Part shown: piece by piece, positions 27,285-36,807 of the stretch
How positions within the stretch are numbered: the stretch's first letter is position 1
Layout of the letters: every line of letters starts with the position of its first letter
Assembly: GCA_950097015.1 (NCBI GenBank)
Contig: CATNEN010000035.1
Location: forward strand, 558,001 to 622,000
From: Macrostomum hystrix
Lineage: Eukaryota; Animalia; Platyhelminthes
Direction of reading: 5' to 3'
DNA length: 64,000 nt
The notes under the pieces: model-generated
Told to the model about the DNA's origin: nothing
Databases searched by the model: none
What the model saw: the letters and a program-made list of their open reading frames with translations, nothing else
Position numbers and translations under genes: made by a program

Positions 27285-30200
27285 AGAGTTTGTAAATAGT
27301 GCGTATAAAATTGATAACCAACGTTTTGCTTACAAGAAAAATAATTATTATTTCAACAAGTTTAATCAGCCGCGAGAAATGAGACAGCACCATGCGTATG
27401 CACCCAGCACTGCAAAAATGCAAGCACATGCAAAAGCACCAGTTACACCATGTGAAACAAGTCAGAAAGCCGCTAGCAAAGAAATTAAAAGTGAGTCACC
27501 CATTGAGACGATCAGAATCCCAGAGCCGGTCAAGAAAGGTCAGGAAGCAATTGTGAATGGAAAGATACGAAAGCGAGATATTATGTTTTTGATAGACACA
27601 GGAGCCGGAAACAACTTCTTAAGTAGGAGTTCATGGAAGAGAGTGGTTTGTGACGACGAGATAGAACCATGCAATTTGAGAGTCACCACGTTTGACGGAT
27701 CAGTTGTGTCACTTAGAGGTGAAGCAATGCTTAAAGTGAAGTTCGGAGAAATTGAGATTGAGACAAGATTTCTTCTGTGTGACCACGACTGTGACGACAT
27801 CCTTGGAATGGACTTTCTCACAGACTACTGTGATGGTATCAATTTCAGTAAAGGAGTCTTGGTACTGAAAGATGGGATCTGCATCCCAATTCAGTTCACA
27901 AGACTACCTGTTCGAATTCGACGAGTCTATTGCCAGAATCAGATCACGATACCAGCGAATAGTGCTTTGAAAGTGCCAATCCGATTGGGAGAAAATGCCG
28001 AAGCTAATTACGGTACTCCCATGGTGATTGAGACTAATGACGGCTATATTGCAGCCAAAGGTTATGATCTGGAGCTAGTACCAGCATTAGTAACCTTGAA
28101 CGAAGGAGTTGGAGTCATAGAACTAGTCAATAAACAGAACAGAGAAGTCAAAGTGAAAGGAGCAGCTCTTATTGGCTATGCCAAGCCATTAACAGCGAAG
28201 AACTTGAATTATTTTGTTAATTCAATCAATTCGAGTCAAAATACCGGACAAGTCAATGCTGTAAAGAGAGAGGAAGCCTCAAAGGACATTGATGAATGGA
28301 TCAAGGAGGTTAACATCGGAGAGATGAATTCGGAACAAAAGGAACAAGTTATACAATTGCTGAAAGAGAACAGAGCAGCGTTCTCTCAGACCGAGCAAGA
28401 TATGGGTCTGACACATTTGGTGACGCATGAAATTGCTCTTAAAGATACTACGCCAGTCAGAATACCGACTCGCAGAATTCCGCCTCATTTGCAAAAACAG
28501 GTGGATGATTTGCTTGATGACATGCTGGCCAAAAACCTGATTAGGCCATGTTATAGCACCTATTCGACACCCTTGGTCATAGTACCAAAGAAGGATGGTA
28601 CAATAAGGATCGTGAGTGACTTTCGAGTACTGAATTCTCGTGTGGAGTACTATCCGTATCCGTTACCTAATATTCAGGAGACATTCTCTCACCTTACTGG
28701 AAGTCAGTATTTCAGCAGTTTAGACCTTAACTCTGGATACTGGCAAGTCCCAATTAAAGAAGAACACAAACATATGACTGCATTCTCGACATTAACTAGG
28801 GGCCAGTTTGAGTACCAAGTAATGGCTCAAGGCTTGTCAAATGCACCTGGAACCTTCCAGAGGTTGATGAACCTTGTGTTGATCGGCATTCAACACAAGT
28901 TCGCGATGTCGTACATCGACGATATCGTTACTTACTCGAAGGAATTCGATGAACATCTGTGTCACCTACGAGAAGTGTTCCGGAGATTATCCGAAGCTGG
29001 ACTGAAATTGAGACCAAGAAAATGTAATCTGTTTCAAGAAGAACTGAAATATCTAGGCCACATAGTAGGCCGAAATGGAATTCGAACAGATCCGGCCAAA
29101 ATCGAAGCCATCCGATCATGGCCTACTCCGCAAGACGTCAAGGAATTAAGAAGTTTCTTGGGCCTATGCAACTACTATTGTAGATTCGTTAAGGACTATG
29201 CCGAAGCAGCGCATCCGCTGTTTCAGTTAACCAAAAAGGGTATAACGAACTTTAAGGAGAAATGGAACTCGAAACATGACGAGGCGTTTGCACTTCTAAA
29301 GCAGAAAATGATGTCCACCGATGTGTTGGCTTATCCCGAATTCTCAGAATATGAAAATGTCAAAATGGTGTTAGACACTGATGCATCCGAAGGAAGGATA
29401 GGAGCCTGTCTGGGACAAATCCAGGCAGATGGAGTAGAAAGACCAATCGCCTATTTCAGCAGGGCAATGACGGAATCTGAAAAACGATATCCGATAACAC
29501 GAAAGGAATTGCTCGCCTTGGTGGATGGTATGAAACACTTCCGATTCTATTTGATCGGGAAGAAGTTCTTGGCACGTACCGACCACAAAGCGATCCTGTG
29601 GCTACTACGTCAAACAGAAGCCCAGGGTATTTTAGGAAGGTGGATCGAACGGTTGAGTGAGTTTCAGTACGAGATCCAGCATAGAAGCGGAGCTAAGCAT
29701 AGCAATGCAGACAGCTTGTCTAGAAGACCATCGGAAATTAAAGAGGCTTCTGAAGCAAAGATTAACCAAAGTCAAATCACTGGACGAGCCATGATGAGTC
29801 AGAGCTGTCAGACAGACAGTGGCATCGATACAGATGATGATGATGCGAATGAAATTTTCGTGGACGCAAGAGACTATTTCGAAGATGAGGAATTGGAAGA
29901 GACAACGGCATGCCGAAAATTATTAACAGATTTCCTGTCAGTACCACTGACGAAGGAACAGCTGGTTATTGCACAGAGAGAGGATCAGGACGTTAAAATC
30001 CTGATTGAGTGGAAGGAACAAGGAATACTGAGGCCAGAATTACCCACAGGGGCTAGCCACGAGCTGAAAAAGATGATCAAATCATACGAGCAGATGAAGA
30101 TTGAGGATGGAATGTTAACCATCGTGACTGACGGTACCCGGAAAGTAGTACTTCCGAGTGGAATAGAAAAAGAGGTCCTCCGAGAATTGCATGACAGTCC

Positions 30201-31827
30201 TTTAGCAGGACATCTTGGACGAGATAAAACCGTACAAAAGGTACGAGAGCGATTCTGGAAACCTGGCCTAGTTACTACTGTAGAGAATTATGTGGCCGAG
30301 TGCATCCCATGCCTCGAGAGTAAAGCAGGCAATAAGGTGAAGGCACCGGTGCAAACATTTCCTGTGTGCGAGGCATTCCATCGCCTACACATTGATCTGA
30401 TTGGGCCGATTTCTAAAGAAAGCCGACGAGGACACAAGTACGTGCTAACAGTCATCGACAGCACTACTAAGTTCCCGTTTGCATTTCCAATCAGGAATCA
30501 AAAGTCGGACACAGTTATTAAACTCCTACAAGAAAGAATTTTTAGTGAGTATGGTCAGTGTCGTTGGATCCACACTGACAACGGGAAAACTTTTGTGAGC
30601 CGTCAGTTCCAGGCGTTTTGTACATTGTATGGTATCAAGCATACCTGCACGACGCCATATCATGCGCAAAGCAACGGCCTTGTAGAAAGATTTAACCGTC
30701 AGATAAAGTCCATCATCACCTGTCTAGTTGAGAAAGACCACTCCGACTGGGACCTGTTGATCCCAGCAGCTTTAGTGGCTGTTCGAACGAGTGTAAATCA
30801 GACAACGGGATTCACTCCACATTATCTATTGTTCGGACGTGAGGCGGAGTTGCCAATAGACAGTGTTGTCAAAAGGCCCAGATTGTACTACGACTATCCT
30901 AGCTATGTAGCTGATCATGCTAAAAGAATTGAGGAGATGCAGAAGGTGGTTCAGAAGAAATTAGAAAAGGTGCGAGACCGTCGGGAGCAGGCTGCTGAGA
31001 CAGTGATCACCAAGGCCGTGCCAATCGGCGGTCTCGTATTGATAAACAATCCACAGTTGCATGGTGACGAGAGTCATAAATTTCACCGAAAGAAGAGAGC
31101 CTCTTACAGAGTGTTAGCTAAGCTTTCGGATACAGTTTTCCGAGTTCAAAAAGAGGAGGATGGAAAACTAATCGGTGCCATGCTGCTGGTACACCGGAAT
31201 AATCTGACTCCTGTACCGAACTCGGTCAAAGCTACGGATATGACCATAAGTTCTGACGTAGAGAAGAGAGAACAAACAGATAAGGGAAGGCAGGAGACTG
31301 CTCAGAAGACCAAAAAGAGAAGGGAAGCGCAACCTAGGATGGTAAAAAGGCCAATCCAGGAAATCGAGCAAGAAGAAAGCTCTGACTCAGAAGAGGAAAG
31401 AATTCAATGGAGAGCTTGCAAAGAGACAGACATAAGTGGAAGTGAGATTGAAGAAACTGATGAAGACTCTGACACAGATTCCGGAAGTTCGGCAGAAGAA
31501 CTTATCGAAGATTCTGAAACGGAAACGGAGGAAGAGTTAGAAGAGTCGGAAGAAGATAACGAAGAAGAACCTGAAGCTGAACCACCAGACCATGATGTTG
31601 TGGAGGAACCAGCCTGTGAGGAGGAGGCTGAGGACCGAGCGGATGCAGCCAGTGGAACGGCAGCACCACTTCAGTGGCGAGAGGTGCGGTACAACCTGCG
31701 GCCAAGAAAGCCTACAGTCATCAATGAGCCAGCAGGTCCGACACCTGTCGCGAATCGCAGGGAGGCACCGCGTAAGCCTAACAAGTATGGCTTTGTGCCA
31801 AGGAAGCGGTACTCCCACTACCAGTGA
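27211..31827 (+). CDS. pol: Pol polyprotein (protease, RT, RNase H, integrase, acidic/basic tail), expressed as Gag-Pol; first in-frame ATG at 27379
   Basis: IDTGA; YIDD; TDAS...ELLA...TDH; HHCC (HDSPLAGH...CIPC); DDE (HIDLIG, HTDNG, GLVERFN); GPY/F-like module. No internal stops. Confidence 0.97.
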   Translation, partial: GKLKYEGRKSRPRSSGKSFNKFQASEFVNSAYKIDNQRFAYKKNNYYFNKFNQPREMRQHHAYAPSTAKMQAHAKAPVTPCETSQKAASKEIKSESPIETIRIPEPVKKGQEAIVNGKIRKRDIMFLIDTGAGNNFLSRSSWKRVVCDDEIEPCNLRVTTFDGSVVSLRGEAMLKVKFGEIEIETRFLLCDHDCDDILGMDFLTDYCDGINFSKGVLVLKDGICIPIQFTRLPVRIRRVYCQNQITIPANSALKVPIRLGENAEANYGTPMVIETNDGYIAAKGYDLELVPALVTLNEGVGVIELVNKQNREVKVKGAALIGYAKPLTAKNLNYFVNSINSSQNTGQVNAVKREEASKDIDEWIKEVNIGEMNSEQKEQVIQLLKENRAAFSQTEQDMGLTHLVTHEIALKDTTPVRIPTRRIPPHLQKQVDDLLDDMLAKNLIRPCYSTYSTPLVIVPKKDGTIRIVSDFRVLNSRVEYYPYPLPNIQETFSHLTGSQYFSSLDLNSGYWQVPIKEEHKHMTAFSTLTRGQFEYQVMAQGLSNAPGTFQRLMNLVLIGIQHKFAMSYIDDIVTYSKEFDEHLCHLREVFRRLSEAGLKLRPRKCNLFQEELKYLGHIVGRNGIRTDPAKIEAIRSWPTPQDVKELRSFLGLCNYYCRFVKDYAEAAHPLFQLTKKGITNFKEKWNSKHDEAFALLKQKMMSTDVLAYPEFSEYENVKMVLDTDASEGRIGACLGQIQADGVERPIAYFSRAMTESEKRYPITRKELLALVDGMKHFRFYLIGKKFLARTDHKAILWLLRQTEAQGILGRWIERLSEFQYEIQHRSGAKHSNADSLSRRPSEIKEASEAKINQSQITGRAMMSQSCQTDSGIDTDDDDANEIFVDARDYFEDEELEETTACRKLLTDFLSVPLTKEQLVIAQREDQDVKILIEWKEQGILRPELPTGASHELKKMIKSYEQMKIEDGMLTIVTDGTRKVVLPSGIEKEVLRELHDSPLAGHLGRDKTVQKVRERFWKPGLVTTVENYVAECIPCLESKAGNKVKAPVQTFPVCEAFHRLHIDLIGPISKESRRGHKYVLTVIDSTTKFPFAFPIRNQKSDTVIKLLQERIFSEYGQCRWIHTDNGKTFVSRQFQAFCTLYGIKHTCTTPYHAQSNGLVERFNRQIKSIITCLVEKDHSDWDLLIPAALVAVRTSVNQTTGFTPHYLLFGREAELPIDSVVKRPRLYYDYPSYVADHAKRIEEMQKVVQKKLEKVRDRREQAAETVITKAVPIGGLVLINNPQLHGDESHKFHRKKRASYRVLAKLSDTVFRVQKEEDGKLIGAMLLVHRNNLTPVPNSVKATDMTISSDVEKREQTDKGRQETAQKTKKRREAQPRMVKRPIQEIEQEESSDSEEERIQWRACKETDISGSEIEETDEDSDTDSGSSAEELIEDSETETEEELEESEEDNEEEPEAEPPDHDVVEEPACEEEAEDRADAASGTAAPLQWREVRYNLRPRKPTVINEPAGPTPVANRREAPRKPNKYGFVPRKRYSHYQ

Positions 31828-32012
31828 CGGCAGCAGCAGCAGCGGCGGCAGTGATAGCGGCGGCAGCAGCAGCGGCGGCAGCAGCATCGGCGAAGAAGCA
31901 GAGGCGACGGGACTGAGGACGGTGACCTGATGCTACATAAAGTAAAATTGACTCATGCGGCTTAAATAACATTATTACTAAAAATATCACTCATGCTTTA
32001 TTCAATTTTTAT

Positions 32013-32028
32013 TTTAGGGAAGGCAAGT
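32013..32028 (+). promoter_or_regulatory. Polypurine tract
   Basis: AGGGAAGGCAAG abuts the 3' LTR. Confidence 0.75.
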
Positions 32029-32412
32029 TGTAGTAGGGATGCTTTTATTATTTCTTTAAAGTCAAATTCGTGCCTATGCTTTTTGTTTGAATGTGCTAAA
32101 TATTTTTTATATGTAAAATATTTTAAATATTTTGTCAAATTCGTTTACTTTAACAAACATTTTCTTTTGTGTATATAAACGAGTGTAATTCAGTTGAGAC
32201 AAATCAACGTGCCAGTGTGGCGAAAAGCAAATAAGCTATTACTGAAGAAGAAAAGTGTTGAGTTGGTTATTTGAGGCTGTGACCCTCTGATCCACAGAAA
32301 ACGCCCAGCAAAGACTGGAGAATAGTAAGCCAGTGCCTTAGAAGGTTAAACCGCTCGTGCCGAGTGATACGCTACCATTAGAGAGAAAAGTAGAGAGACG
32401 AGCCCTGTTACA
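32029..32412 (+). repeat. 3' LTR
   Basis: Same as the 5' LTR except CCTATG vs CCTATT. Confidence 0.97.
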
Positions 32413-33051
32413 CATTGATATCTTTGAATTTATTGCTGTACAATGATCATGTCCAGATTTTAAAATGATAATTATAAAAGTCAATAAGACTGTGGCACTA
32501 GCTATTCTGCTGTAGGTCAAAAAATCAAGTGTCAAGCGATACGAGAGAATTTTCCACTTTTATAAAGGCAGAGATTGGAGAATAATTTTACGCAAATAAT
32601 AATATCATAATGAAGTCAACAATGAACTCAAACAAAAAGGCATAAATGTCCAAAGAATTAGTCACTGATGAAGTCATGTCAAATTAAACTCTCGCTCAAA
32701 ATAATTTCTTACAGAACCATATTCTCTGTTGCTGAATTGACTGTTGCCTAACTGACTTGTCCCCGAATTGGTTGTAGCCAAATTGGACTATTGCTGAATC
32801 AACTGGAAGCCTTGAATATCAGGGCAAACTAGTTCTTAAATGTATTCTGTTTTGCAACATAGATGTTAGATAGGCATGGTATTATTAGCAACACCAGCTG
32901 CTTTAGTATTATTAGCTAACTTAGCTAAATAAGGCATGTACTAGCTAATCAAAATAATGGTCGTTTATAGTATTTTTTAATTAATATTGGTCCTAACAAC
33001 ATTGCAAACAAATAGACTATTTATAGCTAATCAGTAGGCCTAGGTGCAAAG

Positions 33052-33792
33052 CCATAGTCAGGAAGGTGGCAGAGTGTGCGCCGGAACAAATTTTGGCCTC
33101 TCCCAAAATTGTGCGCCGTGCGCCGACACAAAAACCCTCGTGTGCGCCGTTGTGCGCCCGCCACTAGCTGCCTTGCGACAATAAAAGACCTTTTTTACAA
33201 CATAGCAACAATTTTTGTGCGCCAATATTTTCAATAAACCCTACGAACGAACGGCGAACTCTTTCTATTCTCATAAATGAATAATGAATGAAATAAATAA
33301 ACGTTACACGAGAGTCGAGTCACGAGACAAGAGAATATAATGGTTAATACGGGACGGTTACGGGCTATCTATATTATATTATGAGAAATTGAGATCGTTT
33401 AACCGAAAATAGAAATTTAAAAACATTTTAATTTAATTTCTAATTTTTAAAACAAAACAAACATAAAAAGTAAGCAAATGGCAAAAACAAAGGTAAAAAG
33501 GAAAAGGAAAATATTTTATTTTATTTTTATTTTTTGGTAGAATGCAGTGTTACATTAGATAGAACAGTGAATAGTGTACTGTAACAAGTAACGACTTACA
33601 TCGTTACATGGGATCGCCACAAGGGTAACGCTGCATGTGGCGCGGCGCCCGCCGCGCCGCGCCGCCATGCGCCGGTGTCCTCTGGTGTGCGCCGTTGTGC
33701 GCCGTTGTGCGCCGTTGTGCGCCGTTGTGTGCCCAAAAAGGGCTTGTGTGCGCCGGAATTTTCCGACCAAACTGCCACCTTCCTGACTATGG
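33052..33792. mobile_element. Non-autonomous DNA transposon (MITE), 741 bp, 21-bp perfect TIRs, 8-bp TSD
   Basis: CCATAGTCAGGAAGGTGGCAG at 33052 and its reverse complement ending at 33792. GTGCAAAG at 33044-33051 and 33793-33800. Many TGTGCGCC subterminal repeats. An 8-bp TSD fits hAT, P or Merlin. Confidence 0.92.
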
Positions 33793-34810
33793 GTGCAAAG
33801 TAGCTGAAAATATGACTTATATTTATATATGAAAATAAACTAGCTCAAATCCTTGACTAAAATAAGCCTAATAGGTCTAAACTAAAGACCATTACATTAC
33901 TAGGACCCTTCAATATTGCTAGGCATAGGCCTAGCCCTAGCTTATTTTTGTTGACATTTGGCTTATCAATGTAGTCAATTAGTCACTGAAAAAACGAGGT
34001 AATTCATTCTTTAGCTAATAGATGCTTGTTTCTTGCTTAGATTAAGACCATAGTTAGTTCCTAAATACAATTCAAAATAATATAAGTATAATATATATAA
34101 GCTATAAAAAATCTATATAGCTTAGCTATTGTAGCCAAGGCCTGCTAAAACCCTGAACTGCTGCTGCTAAATATAGATAGGAAATCAAACAATTTAGCTG
34201 AAAAAAACAAGACAATTTATACTTACTTCATTTTTACTTTTACTTAGCAGGTTCTCTGTTAGCTACCAGGCCTTAATAAATGGTATTCGGTGTATTAATC
34301 GTGTCAATTGTATTAATTGTATCAATCGTTAATCGTAAATTATTTCTTGTAATCTGTTTTATTTTTTACTTTTATTCATTATAACAATAGTACGTGCGAA
34401 ATATTAGTCAAAATACATTATTCTTAGTTTTACTTTGCATATGTATTTAAAAGTAATGTTGCATAATTCCATTCTATTCTAAGATTACAAAGTGAAATTT
34501 TGCTCTCATGCACCTGGACACTATTTTGATTGGTTAGTTCTGTATGCGTACCGTACACCTGAGTATTATTGTGTTAATTTTACTGTCGAACTGATTTGTT
34601 ATTATAATAAACATGTTTTGAGCGGAACCTTGACGCTTCCGGTACCTTACCAGGAATTTAAAAGTGCAGCCCAATAGAACCCATATAATATTGAATAAAA
34701 AACTAAACCCGATTTAAACCTGATTATATCCTAAGTCGCCAAACTAGTTAATATAGCTTTTTGCTGTAAATTTGCTTTTACAACAATTTATATAATCCAA
34801 GGTCTGCTTA

Positions 34811-35280
34811 CTAGATTGCAAGGTAGACAAGTCGAATTGTGGGCGAAATTGCTTGCAGTACATTCACTAGATGACCTCGCCGAGAATGGACAGTGCGCGC
34901 CCGCCATACGCGCTGACCTCGACGACCACGACCCTGCGTTCTTCGAGTCCAAATGTTGAATCCAGTTTCGTGCAGATAAATTAGATGAACTCCGGGGTCA
35001 AAACCCGTCAGCCATTCAGCAAACTACTGCCTCCTCCCAACCGTCTGCAGGCTGTTGCGTACCATTGGAATATCATGAACAGTGTCTCAACCAAGAACTT
35101 TCAGTGTTATCAACTGCTTTTACAAAGCTCTGCTGATAGTCGAGATGCTGACAACCAACTGGAACTGTTCGTTCAACTTCTGCTGCAGTTGCTGCAACTT
35201 CAACAGAGGGTTCTCTCGATTTCATTGAGTAGCAGTTGGATCTGACGCTCAAGCAACTTGCTCTGGCGATTGCCACCATT
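34811..35280 (-). pseudogene. Decayed Tc1/IS630-type DDE transposase fragment
   Basis: Across stops and frameshifts it reads LQQLQQKLNEQFQLVVSISTISRAL...ITLKVL...PMVRN...FAEWL...LIYLHETGFNIWTRRTQGR: winged-helix plus the first catalytic motif, with the expected D read as H. Confidence 0.7.
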
Positions 35281-35984
35281 TGGCAGACTATTTCTGTGAC
35301 AGAACTATTAGTTAAGTTTATTCGGCCTAATTAGTTAGTTGAGCTATTGACTTAAATTTTAAGTTGGCCTAGTCGATCTTAAACGATTTGTTCATTCGTT
35401 TGTTAGTTATTCTTTTGTTTCCTTAATATCTTCAAATCTACTACTTACAGTAGCAGTGCGTGTACATTATCATGAAAATTTGATTTGAGATGTTTTTTAC
35501 GAATGCAATCTGTACCTCTATAGCTTAGATAGTTCATGGTGAGTGCTACAAGCTACAATGCTCATACTGCAAGAAAAATTCCTTATTGTAAGTTGAGTAT
35601 GTATTGTCACCTAGCTACATGTAACGCTCTATTTTAAATTGCTAGCTGCAGATGGCTATGGAAGAACTGACCCCTACTAGTATTCACAGGTGAAGAATTC
35701 CGCAAATGAAGGCCACTCATGCAGCTAGCTCTCCCGTATACTCAAACAATTGTCCTATGGATCCAACTTTTCAGATTCAAGTACAGTGCACATATTTCAA
35801 GGGCCTTTCATGAGTCAATGAGTAGTGAGTAAGAATTAAGGCAGCAAAGATCGTTTTGTGTGCACTTCATGGCAATCGGCCAGCACTAAATTGTAATGTT
35901 AATCAATCCACTGATCGCCTTTTAGTCAGTTTTACCGGTAGAGGTAGATGAGCGGAAAATGTGCGTAATCTCATCCGAGAGACT

Positions 35985-36190
35985 GCACAGATCTGCAAAT
36001 CTCACCTGAGAGACTGCGCAGATCTACAAATCTCACCTGAGAGACTGCACAGATCTGCAAATCTCACCTGAGAGACTGCGCAGATCTACAAATCTCACCC
36101 GAGAGACTGCACAGATCTGCAAATCTCACCTGAGAGACTGCGCAGATCTACAAATCTCACCCGAAAGACTGCACACGTCTGCAAATCTTA
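35985..36190. repeat. 31-bp minisatellite with alternating units (62-bp dimer) AGAGACTGC(A/G)CAGATCT(G/A)CAAATCTCACC
   Basis: Direct reading. Confidence 0.9.
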
Positions 36191-36807
36191 AGAACCTACA
36201 GATCTAGAATGGAAGCGAGAAATGGAATGAAGAAAGGCCATACCGTCTTAGCCTTGTAGGACACATGTCTCTGGTGGGTAAGTACTGGTCTGAGACACAC
36301 TCTCTGTGTTTGACGGAAAATGCCAAAACGGAGAAAAACACAATGGATCATGCACTTGCAATCAGAACAAGCCACCAGACTAGCAATTGTACAGGCTATT
36401 CTGTCAGCTAGAACCGTACCACAGCCCTAAGTGAATGCTAACATGTTTAAAGCGGAGCTTTTCTCAAACAAACACCGCGAGAATCTGTTGCATTCCCGGC
36501 AGGCCAGGTGCCATAGGAGCTCAAGGGGAAAAGCTTCCTCTGCCCCTTTCATTCCGCCCAAATCCTAATGGCTAGCAAACCAATAGCCTATAGCTACCCT
36601 GTTTTAGAGTATGGGACAAAAATGTTTGAGTCTTGAGCAGGCATTGGCTGTGAGAACGGGCCTCCACATCAACCCCTGACGCAAAGTTTTGCTACACACA
36701 TATCGGACAATCGGTTCAATAATCTGCTCGTGGGGCCTTCGAGTTTGATTTGGACAACTGACCAGATTCTGGCGTGACCTATTGCAACTAATCTGGGAGA
36801 TTCGGCA

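Larger units (their letters stand above)
25868..32412 (+). mobile_element. Full-length, apparently intact Ty3/Gypsy LTR retrotransposon without env
   Basis: TG...CA LTRs at 25868-26251 and 32029-32412 (384 bp, one mismatch seen). 4-bp TSD CATT at 25864-25867 and 32413-32416. PBS, PPT and gag present; pol order is PR-RT-RH-IN. Confidence 0.98.

Noticed and set aside
31537-31990. env-like or antisense extra ORF in the Gypsy 3' region
   Set aside because: Only ~200 bp separate the pol stop from the 3' LTR. The short ORFs are shadows of the pol tail and a GCA/GCG microsatellite, with no signal peptide or TM helix.
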